Origin: Deltaproteobacteria bacterium
GTDB taxonomy: Bacteria; Myxococcota_A; Polyangia; HGW-17
Reading direction: 5' to 3'
Length of the DNA stretch: 64,000 nucleotides
NCBI GenBank assembly: GCA_016937155.1
Contig: JAFGWM010000032.1
Location: 11,902-75,901 of the forward strand
In this document: piece by piece, positions 50,330 through 59,475 of the stretch
How positions within the stretch are numbered: the stretch's first letter is position 1
Layout of the letters: every line of letters begins with the position of its first letter
Notes under the pieces: model-generated
Seen by the model: the letters and a program-made list of their open reading frames with translations, nothing else
Databases searched by the model: none
What the model was told of the DNA's origin: nothing
Made by a program: the position numbers and the translations under genes

Positions 50330-50363
50330 GTATTTTTGGAAAATTATATCCACACTGGATTTT

Positions 50364-51209
50364 TTAATTTTCTTTAATGAATTCTAAGCATTTTTGATAT
50401 ATTTCTCTTTTACTCACATCATAAAAATCCACTAAAAGTGAAGAAATTGTTTTTGGAGAGACTCCTGATTCAAGAAACTTGATTACCTGATTATTTAATG
50501 GTGGCAAGATGTTTTGAGTTTGTTGCTGTTTGTTTTCAATGATTATTACAAACTCGCCCTTTTTTGTAATTCCACTCAGAGTGTAATTTAATTCGGAGCA
50601 TTTACAGTGGATGAATTCTTCATATAACTTTGTGAGTTCTCTTCCAATCGTTATTTTAGTATCAGGGTGGAAAACAGAAACAATATCAGTTACGGTTTTT
50701 TCTATTCTATGGGGTGATTCATAAAGAACAATGGTTTCACCGATGCCTGAAATTTGTTTTAACCGTTTCTGGCGTTCTCCGCTTTTTGGAGGAAGAAAAC
50801 CTTCAAAGTGGAAATGGCTGCTGTCAAGACCACTTCCGCATAAAGCAGCTGTTAGTGCACTTGGACCTGGAATTACTGCATATTTTAAACCTCTGTTTAT
50901 AATTTCTCTGACGATAATGTATCCGGGATCTGATATTGCCGGGGTTCCAGCGTCTGAGATTAAAGCAATCTTCTTTCCGGTTTCAATCAGATCACATATT
51001 TCATGAGATCTTTTGACCTCATTTCCTTCAAAGCATGAAATTATTTCCGGAAACTTAATTTGGAGATGAGATAACAGCATTCTGGCAACTCTGGTATCTT
51101 CAGCTGCAATTAAATCCACTGAGCTAAGAACCTCAACCAGTCTTGAAGAAACATCTGCAATGTTTCCTATTGGTGTGGCGCAGATATAAAGGCATCCTTC
51201 TTCTGACAT
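50364..51209 (-). CDS. rsmI: 16S rRNA (cytidine1402-2'-O)-methyltransferase RsmI
   Basis: LYICATPIGN, AAEDTR, ISDAGTPAISDPG, IPGPSA, YESPHR, RELTKLYEE. Confidence 0.95.
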   Translation of the reverse strand: MSEEGCLYICATPIGNIADVSSRLVEVLSSVDLIAAEDTRVARMLLSHLQIKFPEIISCFEGNEVKRSHEICDLIETGKKIALISDAGTPAISDPGYIIVREIINRGLKYAVIPGPSALTAALCGSGLDSSHFHFEGFLPPKSGERQKRLKQISGIGETIVLYESPHRIEKTVTDIVSVFHPDTKITIGRELTKLYEEFIHCKCSELNYTLSGITKKGEFVIIIENKQQQTQNILPPLNNQVIKFLESGVSPKTISSLLVDFYDVSKREIYQKCLEFIKEN

Positions 51210-51249
51210 TATGTGCTCCATATTTGAAAATTTGAAAATTTAGGCGGTT

Positions 51250-52341
51250 TTATTCGAAGCCCAGAGCTATATTAACATTTTCTCCCAACTGATCTTCAAG
51301 AAACTCCCTGAGTTTGGTAAGAAGGCGTTTTTCCAACTGTCTGGCTCTTTCTCTACTGATACCGTATCTGTCTCCAATCTCCTTCAGTGTGAGAGGTTCA
51401 TCACTGAGAAGCCGTTCTCTCATAATAACAAGATCTCTTCCGCTGAGATCTTTGGCAAACAGTTGAATTTTTTCAGAAACAAGTTTATGAATTTCGTTCG
51501 CTCCGGCAATTTCATCAGGTGTTTCTATGGGGTCTGGCATGACATCCATCATGGATCTGGAATCACCCTCACTGCTATCAAGTGGAGTGGAAAGACTCAG
51601 ATCAGAAGATCCCAGTCTTTTTTGCATTTCCTTAACTTCTCTTTCAGGGACATCCAGAGCCGTTGCAAGTGCCTGAGATGTAGGCACAATGCCCTTTGCT
51701 GTGAGAGCTTCCTGTTGTTTATAAAGGTTGAAAAACAGTTTTCTTTGAGCCTGTGTTGTTCCGATTTTTACAAGACGCCAGTTGTTCAGAAGATATTTGA
51801 GAATATATGCTCTTATCCACCAGCTTGAGTATGTGGAAAGCTTAACACCCCGGTATGGATCATATTTATCAACAGCCTGTATAAGACCTACGTTACCTTC
51901 CTGAATCAGATCTAGAAGATTGTAATGAGCTTTTGCATATTCATGGGCAATTTTCACGACAAGTCGGAGATTTGAGGTAACCAGTTTACTGGCACTGGCA
52001 GGATTCTTATTGTCATAATAATCACTGGCAATTCTAAATTCCTCATCAGGAGTTAAAAGAGGATATCTTCTTACCTGATGTATATATGCTCTAAGAGGAT
52101 CATATCTTACGAGACCGGAACTTTCATCTTCATCTGAATAAGAAGAAGTTTCTCTGTTATCTGTGGATTCATCAGTTGATAGAAATTCTGTTTCTCCTTC
52201 AAGGATTTCTTCATCTTCAGAATCATCCTCAAACTCCACCTCATTATCTGATATTTCAACAATATTATCTACTGATGATTTCAGAACCAAATTGTTGTTT
52301 TTTTCTTTATTTTCCTGGTTTTTCTTCTTCCCACTCGCCAT
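51250..52341 (-). CDS. rpoH: RNA polymerase sigma-32 (RpoH-family) factor
   Basis: SNLRLVVKIA, DLIQEGNVGL, RpoH box TTQAQRKLFFNL, region 4 TLKEIGDRYGISRERARQLE; acidic N-terminal extension. Confidence 0.88.
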   Translation of the reverse strand: MASGKKKNQENKEKNNNLVLKSSVDNIVEISDNEVEFEDDSEDEEILEGETEFLSTDESTDNRETSSYSDEDESSGLVRYDPLRAYIHQVRRYPLLTPDEEFRIASDYYDNKNPASASKLVTSNLRLVVKIAHEYAKAHYNLLDLIQEGNVGLIQAVDKYDPYRGVKLSTYSSWWIRAYILKYLLNNWRLVKIGTTQAQRKLFFNLYKQQEALTAKGIVPTSQALATALDVPEREVKEMQKRLGSSDLSLSTPLDSSEGDSRSMMDVMPDPIETPDEIAGANEIHKLVSEKIQLFAKDLSGRDLVIMRERLLSDEPLTLKEIGDRYGISRERARQLEKRLLTKLREFLEDQLGENVNIALGFE

Positions 52342-52762
52342 CTATAATATCCGTATCCGTTCCCGGAAAACCACCGGGAAACATGCCTTCAGACATAGTA
52401 ACAATTTTAATCCTTGATTTAAAGTGTCTAATCAAGGCATGGGCCACTGCAAACCTCAAAGGAGGAATTAACAGAAGTATTCCCACCGCATCAGTTATTA
52501 CTCCAGGGGTGATAAGTAAAAGCCCTGCGGCAAGCAGCAATAATCCCTGAACCATTTCAATAGTTGGAATATTCCCTGATGAAAACTGATTCTGAATCCT
52601 TGAATATGTCCCTGCAGACTGGGATTTAATGAAATGAATCCCAGTCAAACCAGTCAGTAAAACCAGCAACACAGTGTAAATAAAACTGAATTTAACTGCC
52701 AGATATACCAAAAGAACCAGATCTGTCAGGGGCAGTATTATGAATAAAAATAAAAATATCAA
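52307..52762 (-). CDS. fxsA: FxsA family membrane protein
   Basis: AGLLLITPGVITDAVGILLLIPP motif and C-terminal IIDGEW. Confidence 0.88.
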   Translation of the reverse strand: MIFLFLFIILPLTDLVLLVYLAVKFSFIYTVLLVLLTGLTGIHFIKSQSAGTYSRIQNQFSSGNIPTIEMVQGLLLLAAGLLLITPGVITDAVGILLLIPPLRFAVAHALIRHFKSRIKIVTMSEGMFPGGFPGTDTDIIDGEWEEEKPGK

Positions 52763-54039
52763 TGTTTGAAAACCCTCTGATTGGTAAATACCATGGTAGC
52801 ATCCCGTTCATTACAGGCTATGATGGATTCATAATCTTTTATGCTTCCACCAGGTTGAATAACAGCGGTTATCCCCATATTGAGAGCAGCATCCACACCG
52901 TCTCTGAAAGGGAAAAAACCGTCAGATGCAATTACACTTCCCGAAAGACCACAATTTTCAGATCGTGACTGTTCCATTATTTCAAGAAGGTGAGACTGTG
53001 GTCTTAAATCTTTTTTCACCTCAAGTTCCATCTGAAACAGCGATATACCATATTTTCTGAAACAGATTCCATCAGCATGTTTAGTACATGCTTTCTCAAT
53101 TGCAAGTCTTACTGCTCCAACTCTATCCTGTTCACCTGTGCCTATTGCTACGGTTGTACCGTTTTTCACCATAACAATAGAGTTGGATGTGATACCGCTT
53201 ACAATATGCCATGCTAAAATAAGATCTTTTTTCTCGGATTCAAGGGGATTACGATTAATTCTGAATGTTTCTCCCTTTATTTTCTGTTCGGGGATAATAA
53301 AATCATCTGATGAAGTAATCATTGGAATCTGAGTCTGCTCTACAATGATTCCCCCATCCTCAAGAGTAGTAAATTTTAGCAATGGCTGATGGGAAAGTTC
53401 ACCGATTTCAGCTATTTCTGGAATCCTTATGATTCTTAAATTCTTTCTTTTTTTCAGAAGTTCAATAGTACCATTTTCAAATTCCGGAGCTACTACGACT
53501 TCGCTGTAGGTCTGACTTATGGCTTCAGCTGTGTGAATATCACATGGATGGCTAAGAACAGTACAACCTCCCATAGCGGCAATACGATCAGCATTGTATG
53601 CATTGATATAACTGTCATACAGATTATCAGAAATGCTTACCCCACAGGGGTTGTTGTGTTTAACAATAATAGTTGATTTTACCGGACCAAGCAGTCTCAT
53701 TATCGATAATGCACTTGAAATATCTGTAATATTTGTTTTTCCCGGATGCTTGCCAAATTGAATGAAAGAAGTTTCATCTATACCGGAAATAAATGCTTTT
53801 CCGGGAGTAACAGTTAAATTACCGATTTTTAATTCTCCAGATGTCCATTGGTACATAGCTGCGCTCTGATCAGGGTTGTCTCCGTATCTGAGTCCCTGAG
53901 TCACATTTTTTCCGCTTTCATCAGGAATAGTCCAGGTTCTTTTTGTAAAACCCAGTTTTTGTTCTCCAAATGAAATAGTCATATTTTCAGAAAAAAATTC
54001 CTTGAGAATAGTTTTATATGCTTTACGTATTGTTGACAT
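52759..54039 (-). CDS. purH: AICAR formyltransferase (PurH-type, lacking the N-terminal MGS/IMPCH domain)
   Basis: LRYGDNPDQSAA, VKHNNPCG, EVVVAP, SNSI, GEQDRV, ASDGFFPFRDG, QPGGS...FKH. Confidence 0.8.
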   Translation of the reverse strand: MSTIRKAYKTILKEFFSENMTISFGEQKLGFTKRTWTIPDESGKNVTQGLRYGDNPDQSAAMYQWTSGELKIGNLTVTPGKAFISGIDETSFIQFGKHPGKTNITDISSALSIMRLLGPVKSTIIVKHNNPCGVSISDNLYDSYINAYNADRIAAMGGCTVLSHPCDIHTAEAISQTYSEVVVAPEFENGTIELLKKRKNLRIIRIPEIAEIGELSHQPLLKFTTLEDGGIIVEQTQIPMITSSDDFIIPEQKIKGETFRINRNPLESEKKDLILAWHIVSGITSNSIVMVKNGTTVAIGTGEQDRVGAVRLAIEKACTKHADGICFRKYGISLFQMELEVKKDLRPQSHLLEIMEQSRSENCGLSGSVIASDGFFPFRDGVDAALNMGITAVIQPGGSIKDYESIIACNERDATMVFTNQRVFKH

Positions 54040-55498
54040 GGAAAGAGCCTCTCATTATCTGCCGAAAATATTCATTAGAATCTTCATCGTCAACCTATTT
54101 TTCTGGACATGCGCTGCTGTAGCTTCCCCGGAGAATAATCTCAGGATTCGTCTTAACAGGTTGGTGAAAAGGAGTACAGTTAAATCCAGACATGGAGTTT
54201 ATGCACGCTGGCTTGGCGGTAAGGGGATTTACCGGTGGAGAAGTAAAACTCCGATGCAACCTGCAAGTTGTATTAAAATACTTTCCACAGGAACTGCTTT
54301 GAGAGAAATGGGTAGAAGCTTCAGATTTGAAACCTCATTTTATGGTAAGTACAAGGGTAATATCATGACTACTCCACTTTTCTGGAAAGGGAGTGGAGAT
54401 CCCAGTTTCAGTGTAGATGATCTGCGTTCAGTTGTTTTAAAACTGAAACGGCTTGGGATTCAAAGTATCCCTGGGGGAATCACTATTGATAATTATGCAT
54501 TTTCAAGAAGGAGAACCACAGGTTTTGAATGGAAACACGGGACTGAAGGTTATCTTACGGCACCCAATGCAGTCAGTGTTGAAGGAAACAGTGTAGGAAT
54601 TGATATATTTTTAAAAGATGGAAAACCGACTGTGGAATGTCAGGTTAAATCACCATTCTTAAAATGCATAAATAAACTAAAGACAGGAAAAAAGACAAAA
54701 AAAGTCAGGGCATATTCCAGACTTCAGGATAAATACTTGGAAGTTGTCGTATTAGGAAGAGTTGGAAAAAATCACAAAAAAAAGATTCATGAAAGAGTCA
54801 GAACATTCAAACCTGAAATGTTTACTGCGGGGGTTTTGATTCAGTTATTAAAGGATAACGGTATTAAAGTACCTGATCAGTTCAGAAGGGGAAAAGTACC
54901 AAAGGATACTCCTTTACTTGCGGTTCATAAAAGTAAGCCACTTTTTGAACTTGTTAAAAGTACGAATAAATTCAGTAATAATTTCTGGGCCGAAAATATA
55001 CTTAGAGCACTTGGCAGATATAAATCAGGGAAGGCGGGTTCAACCTGGCTGGGATTGAAAAGAGTCCGCTCCATGATGACAAGAAGTGGTATAAAATCCA
55101 GCAGATATGTAATATCAAACGGGAGTGGTCTGTTTGGGAAATCTTCAATTTCTCCGTATAGTCTTGTATCTGTTCTACAGAGATATTCAACTCTCTCGTG
55201 GCTTCACAGGGATATTGTGGATTCCATGGCTAGACCAGGGAGAGATGGTACACTTCATTCAAGGCTTACCACCAGTTTGACCTGGGATATTCTGTACGCA
55301 AAAACAGGTACATTAAGGACTGCTTCATGTCTAAGTGGTTATCTTATTCACAAGAACCGGACTATTATTTTTTCTGTTATGAATGATAAACTTAAGGATT
55401 CAGCAAGACATGCCAGAAAATTTCAGGATGAGGTTGTCAAAACTCTGGCAAAATTGATAAAAGGTTTGAAAATAAGTACAAAACCCCCTGTTATATGA
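54038..55498 (+). CDS. dacB: D-alanyl-D-alanine carboxypeptidase/endopeptidase PBP4 (S13)
   Basis: PASCIK (SxxK), GSGDP, SNN, GSGL, KTG; start codon uncertain. Confidence 0.9.
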   Translation: MERASHYLPKIFIRIFIVNLFFWTCAAVASPENNLRIRLNRLVKRSTVKSRHGVYARWLGGKGIYRWRSKTPMQPASCIKILSTGTALREMGRSFRFETSFYGKYKGNIMTTPLFWKGSGDPSFSVDDLRSVVLKLKRLGIQSIPGGITIDNYAFSRRRTTGFEWKHGTEGYLTAPNAVSVEGNSVGIDIFLKDGKPTVECQVKSPFLKCINKLKTGKKTKKVRAYSRLQDKYLEVVVLGRVGKNHKKKIHERVRTFKPEMFTAGVLIQLLKDNGIKVPDQFRRGKVPKDTPLLAVHKSKPLFELVKSTNKFSNNFWAENILRALGRYKSGKAGSTWLGLKRVRSMMTRSGIKSSRYVISNGSGLFGKSSISPYSLVSVLQRYSTLSWLHRDIVDSMARPGRDGTLHSRLTTSLTWDILYAKTGTLRTASCLSGYLIHKNRTIIFSVMNDKLKDSARHARKFQDEVVKTLAKLIKGLKISTKPPVI

Positions 55499-55501
55499 TT
55501 A

Positions 55502-56203
55502 TTATTTTTCCGGATAACCTACCGTCTGGGAAAGGATTATATGCTGGTTTTGATTCAGATTGAGTTTTTTATGAAGAGTTTCACGGTCAACCAGGCCTAA
55601 AGCTACAGTAATCAGTCCTTTTGAAGCACAGTAAAGGTATACATTCTGACTGATATATCCAGTATCTGTTGCGCTGTAAAAAGCTTTTTTTGTTTCGTCA
55701 TCACCGTGTCTTCCTGTAATTTTGTCGTAATTGCTCACAAAAACAAGTGTTATGGGGGCTACGGAAGTAAATGCCTGTTTTCCGGCAAATTCTCTGATAT
55801 CGTTTTTTTCAACTCCAACCAGAGAGTGTTTAGAAGCATTATATATGTATACTCCTTCTCTGGTTACTGCATAAATATCAATTTCCTGCCAGTTTACCGC
55901 TGTTGGAGCTGTTCTTCTTCCATCAGGCCTGTTTACACCGGCAGCTGCCCATAGAAGCTCACTTACAGTACTGATTTCCAGAGATTTATCACTGAAATTT
56001 CTTGCACTTGATCTTTTTGACAGCGCTTCCATTAAAGAACTTCCTGACTTTTTATCAACATCGGGAAGTAGTGTTTCCGGAAATTCTAATTTTAATGTCT
56101 TCACTTCCAAATTCCTTTTTTTATTATTCTTATTTTTAACAGATGGTTTACATCCTGATACGCATACAAGAATCATAGATGTCAGAAAAATAAAATTTGT
56201 CAA
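55502..56203 (-). CDS. SagB/nitroreductase-family protein with lipoprotein signal
   Basis: ALSKRSSAR, RTAPTA, DTGYISQNVYL, VGYP; GGAGG plus TTG at 56203 gives a signal ending VSGC. Confidence 0.85.
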   Translation of the reverse strand: MTNFIFLTSMILVCVSGCKPSVKNKNNKKRNLEVKTLKLEFPETLLPDVDKKSGSSLMEALSKRSSARNFSDKSLEISTVSELLWAAAGVNRPDGRRTAPTAVNWQEIDIYAVTREGVYIYNASKHSLVGVEKNDIREFAGKQAFTSVAPITLVFVSNYDKITGRHGDDETKKAFYSATDTGYISQNVYLYCASKGLITVALGLVDRETLHKKLNLNQNQHIILSQTVGYPEK

Positions 56204-56340
56204 ATCAGCCTCCAAATTCAAATGATCTCCAGTTTCAGATCTGGGGACATTTGTATAATTTATCAGGATGTTCAGGTTATTCCTCTTTTTGTACTTTTCA
56301 ATTAAATTTTGTGGTAACTCACTTAAGTAGAGGTGTACCA

Positions 56341-56934
56341 ATGACTGAAAATTTGGATAGTATTTTTTATTACAGCACCATGATGAAATTTCTCCCCAGA
56401 GCCGGATGGCTTATGAAGGGTGTAAAAAATCCGGAATCTCTTGCAGATCATAGCTTTGGTGTTGCTTTTTCCACGATGATGATGGGAAAGGAAATAATTC
56501 AGGATGGCAGATGGGAACTTGATTTGGAAAAAGCGATTCAGATAGCGCTTATCCATGATCTTGCAGAATCTCTAATAACAGATATTCCATCTCCCATGAT
56601 CCGTTTTTTTGGTGAAAAAAATAAATATAATGCTGAAAAAGCAGCACTTTATGAGATATTTTCATCATCCATATGGGCGGATGAAATGGTGTCATTATGG
56701 GAAGAGTTTGAACAAAACTCTACAGCGGAAGGAAGACTGGTCAGAGCAGCAGATAAAATTGATATGGTTCTTCAACTCTGCAGGTATGAGGAAGCAGGAA
56801 ACAGAAGTCTTGATGATTTCTGGTCAGATTCGGAAACAATATTCTCAGGTTTAGGTGGTTCTGAAACAGAAAGAGAATACTACTCCGGTATTTATGAAAA
56901 AATAAAATCACGGCACTTGAGAAAATACATGTGA
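56341..56934 (+). CDS. HD-domain 5'-deoxynucleotidase (HDDC2/YfbR-like)
   Basis: PRAGW, ESLADHS, IHDLAES...DIP, LWEEFE, ADKID; GAGG RBS before ATG 56341. Confidence 0.88.
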   Translation: MTENLDSIFYYSTMMKFLPRAGWLMKGVKNPESLADHSFGVAFSTMMMGKEIIQDGRWELDLEKAIQIALIHDLAESLITDIPSPMIRFFGEKNKYNAEKAALYEIFSSSIWADEMVSLWEEFEQNSTAEGRLVRAADKIDMVLQLCRYEEAGNRSLDDFWSDSETIFSGLGGSETEREYYSGIYEKIKSRHLRKYM

Positions 56935-56941
56935 AAATCAC

Positions 56942-57202
56942 TTACTGATCGGAATCATCAACTTTAGATGAAGCATCAGGATCAATAAACGGTGCAGCAT
57001 AATCACAGTTTGTACATGTTGTGTTATTTGTATTATTTACATTGTTATTATCATCATCATCATCACAACCCACGGCAGAAATACTGATACTGGCACCTAT
57101 AATGGCTGCCATAGCCCAGTTTGGAAGTTTGTGTTTATTTCTTTTTGCCGAGAAATCATCAAGAAAGTTATTGGCTATTTTTTTTCTTTTATCGATTGTC
57201 AT
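56942..57202 (-). CDS. Small lipoprotein-like peptide with D/N-rich linker and CxxCDYAAPF motif
   Basis: AAGGA RBS before ATG 57202; hydrophobic stretch plus lipobox AVGC; DDDDDNNNVNNTNNTTCTNCDYAAPF. Confidence 0.7.
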   Translation of the reverse strand: MTIDKRKKIANNFLDDFSAKRNKHKLPNWAMAAIIGASISISAVGCDDDDDNNNVNNTNNTTCTNCDYAAPFIDPDASSKVDDSDQ

Positions 57203-57318
57203 ATTCCGGTTCCTTATTATTTTGTTCTGAATTAATCCACTTTTCATTTACCCTGTAAAGCAGAGTGAAAATATACAGTTTCTGCTATCGATACTCTGGC
57301 AATTATTCGGTAAAAAGT

Positions 57319-59367
57319 CTAGGAAAGTATTTTCCAGAATTCACTTTCCGCCATTATTTTCACACCGAGTTTTTCTGCTTTTTTTAGTTTTGAACCTGAA
57401 TTTTCTCCACACAAAAGATAATCCAGTTTTGAACTCACATCATTTTTTATGTTTCCACCATTTTTCAGGATAATTTCCTCCAGTTCCCGGCGTGGTTTAC
57501 TAAGAGTTCCTGTTATACAAAAAGAGTATGGAATTTTTCCGGTGGAAGAAGTTAAATCCTGAAAAACAAGAACTTCTGAAAGTTCTTCAAGATGAGATTG
57601 TTCATCATCATTACTGAAAAATGAAATTATTTCGTTTGCCACATTGTCACCGATACCATCAATTTCCAGCAGCTCTTCTCTGAATGAATCAATATTTTTT
57701 GATATTTCAAGTAGATTGTCAATGGTGTGAAATTTTTCAGATAGATTTCTGGAATTAGCTTTTCCTGTTCCAGGAATACCTATGGCGTTTATCACCCGGT
57801 TCAGTTGAGTATGCCGGCTTTTTTCAATTGAAGTTATTATAATATCAGCAGATTTTTCTCCTTTTCGTTCGAGAGAAAGAATCTGCTGTCTGGTCAATTT
57901 GTATATATCAACTCCACGTCTGATAAGTCCTTCAGAAAACATCTGTTCAATGAGTTTTTCTCCGATTGCTTCAATATTCATCATATCTCTACTTACGAAG
58001 TGAATCAGTGAATTTTTAAGTCTGGATGGGCAGCTGTGGTTGATGCATCTGATATTTTTTTCTTCAATGTAGGAGGTTTCAGTTTCTTCAGATGATGATT
58101 TTATTTTTTGTGTGGTATTCTTTCTCTGTAGAGGATTACCACATGCCGGACATAATTCAGGTTCTTTTATTTCAATGCTTTCTGGTGTATGTAAAACGGA
58201 AGATATAACCTGTGGTATGATTTCACCGGCTTTTTTAACTTTGACAATATCATTCAGCATCAGGTTTTTTTCTTTGATGTATTCAAAGTTATGGAGAGAC
58301 GCTCTGGAAACTCTTGTACCATCAAGTAAAACAGGATCCAAAACAGCAACAGGTGTAATACTGCCGGTACGACCCACATTGAGTTCAATATCCAGAAGTT
58401 TTGTTTCCATTTCGTCTGAAGGAAATTTATATGCAAACCCCCATTTGGGATCCTTTATATTGGTTCCCATGGAATCCCTTTGAGAAAAACTGTTCAGTTT
58501 AAAAACCAATCCATCAATAGGAAATTCGAGGTTTTTACGTTTTTTATCCCAGTCATCAATTGTAGTTTTTATGTTTATGATATCTTCAATATCAAAAACA
58601 TCAGATCTACTGTAAACCGGTAGTCCACAATCCATGAAAAAATCTATCATTTTATCATGATATCCAAGATGGTCCGCAGGTGACAAAAGATCATAAACAA
58701 AAATATCCAGAGGTCTTTTTGAAACTTCAGATGTATCCTTAAGGTGGAGAGTTCCTCCGGCTGCATTTCTGGGGTTCATAAAAAGCTTCTCACCTTTGAT
58801 TTGTCTTTCTTCATTCAGTTTTTCAAAAGCAGAAAAATTCATGAATATTTCCCCACGGATACTCAAATTTCCTGAAAATCCCTTTAGATGGTGAGGAATT
58901 GTTTTAATCTGCATGACATTTGCTGTCACGTCATCACCGGTTATCCCGTCGCCTCTGGTAACTGCTCTTTTCAATTTTCCTTTTTCATATACCAGTTCAA
59001 TGCTTATTCCATCAAATTTGGGTTCACAGACCACCTGTAATTTTTCTGTTTCAAGTGCTTTGGTAATCCTGTTAAAAAAGTTTAAGACTTCATTAAAGTT
59101 ATATGTATTTGAAAGACTGAGCATCTTTCGTGTGTGTAGAGTCTTTTTAAAAATATTCTCAGGTTCTGTATTTCCAATTTTTCTGGTGGGACTGTATTCA
59201 GATATCAATTCGGGAAACTGTTCCTCCAGTTCCTTTAATTCACGATATAATCTGTCATATTCCTCATCAGAAATAATCGGAGAGTTATTTGAGTAATACA
59301 GTTGATTGTGATGGTTTATATCAATTACAAGTTGATTGTATCTGGATCTGAAAAGTTCAGGGTTCAT
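57319..59367 (-). CDS. ligA: NAD-dependent DNA ligase
   Basis: EPKFDG (KxDG), TRGDGITG, NPRNAAGG, VGRTG, zinc finger, HhH repeats, BRCT (GSKLKKAEKLGV). Confidence 0.96.
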   Translation of the reverse strand: MNPELFRSRYNQLVIDINHHNQLYYSNNSPIISDEEYDRLYRELKELEEQFPELISEYSPTRKIGNTEPENIFKKTLHTRKMLSLSNTYNFNEVLNFFNRITKALETEKLQVVCEPKFDGISIELVYEKGKLKRAVTRGDGITGDDVTANVMQIKTIPHHLKGFSGNLSIRGEIFMNFSAFEKLNEERQIKGEKLFMNPRNAAGGTLHLKDTSEVSKRPLDIFVYDLLSPADHLGYHDKMIDFFMDCGLPVYSRSDVFDIEDIINIKTTIDDWDKKRKNLEFPIDGLVFKLNSFSQRDSMGTNIKDPKWGFAYKFPSDEMETKLLDIELNVGRTGSITPVAVLDPVLLDGTRVSRASLHNFEYIKEKNLMLNDIVKVKKAGEIIPQVISSVLHTPESIEIKEPELCPACGNPLQRKNTTQKIKSSSEETETSYIEEKNIRCINHSCPSRLKNSLIHFVSRDMMNIEAIGEKLIEQMFSEGLIRRGVDIYKLTRQQILSLERKGEKSADIIITSIEKSRHTQLNRVINAIGIPGTGKANSRNLSEKFHTIDNLLEISKNIDSFREELLEIDGIGDNVANEIISFFSNDDEQSHLEELSEVLVFQDLTSSTGKIPYSFCITGTLSKPRRELEEIILKNGGNIKNDVSSKLDYLLCGENSGSKLKKAEKLGVKIMAESEFWKILS

Positions 59368-59475
59368 GATGTGAAATCTCCCGTTAATACAATATAATAA
59401 TAAAAACTGAAGGACTTATGTTTTCAGTTATCCTTTTAATTCCAAAAAAAAGATAATCTGATAAATTTCCACATT

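Noticed and set aside
50070-50340. RNase P RNA (often found beside rsmI), 6S RNA or retron msr-msd
   Set aside because: No GAGGAAAGUCC core and too short for RNase P RNA; no single end-to-end rod as in 6S; no reverse transcriptase gene in the window.
55502-57202. Azole-RiPP cluster (SagB-like dehydrogenase plus small peptide)
   Set aside because: No YcaO/E1 cyclodehydratase nearby, and stand-alone SagB-like nitroreductases are common.
58060-58130. Extra segment in the LigA zinc finger (KNTTQKIKSSSEETETSYIEEK) as an intein or mobile insert
   Set aside because: Only about 15-20 extra residues with no splicing motifs; a simple loop expansion.
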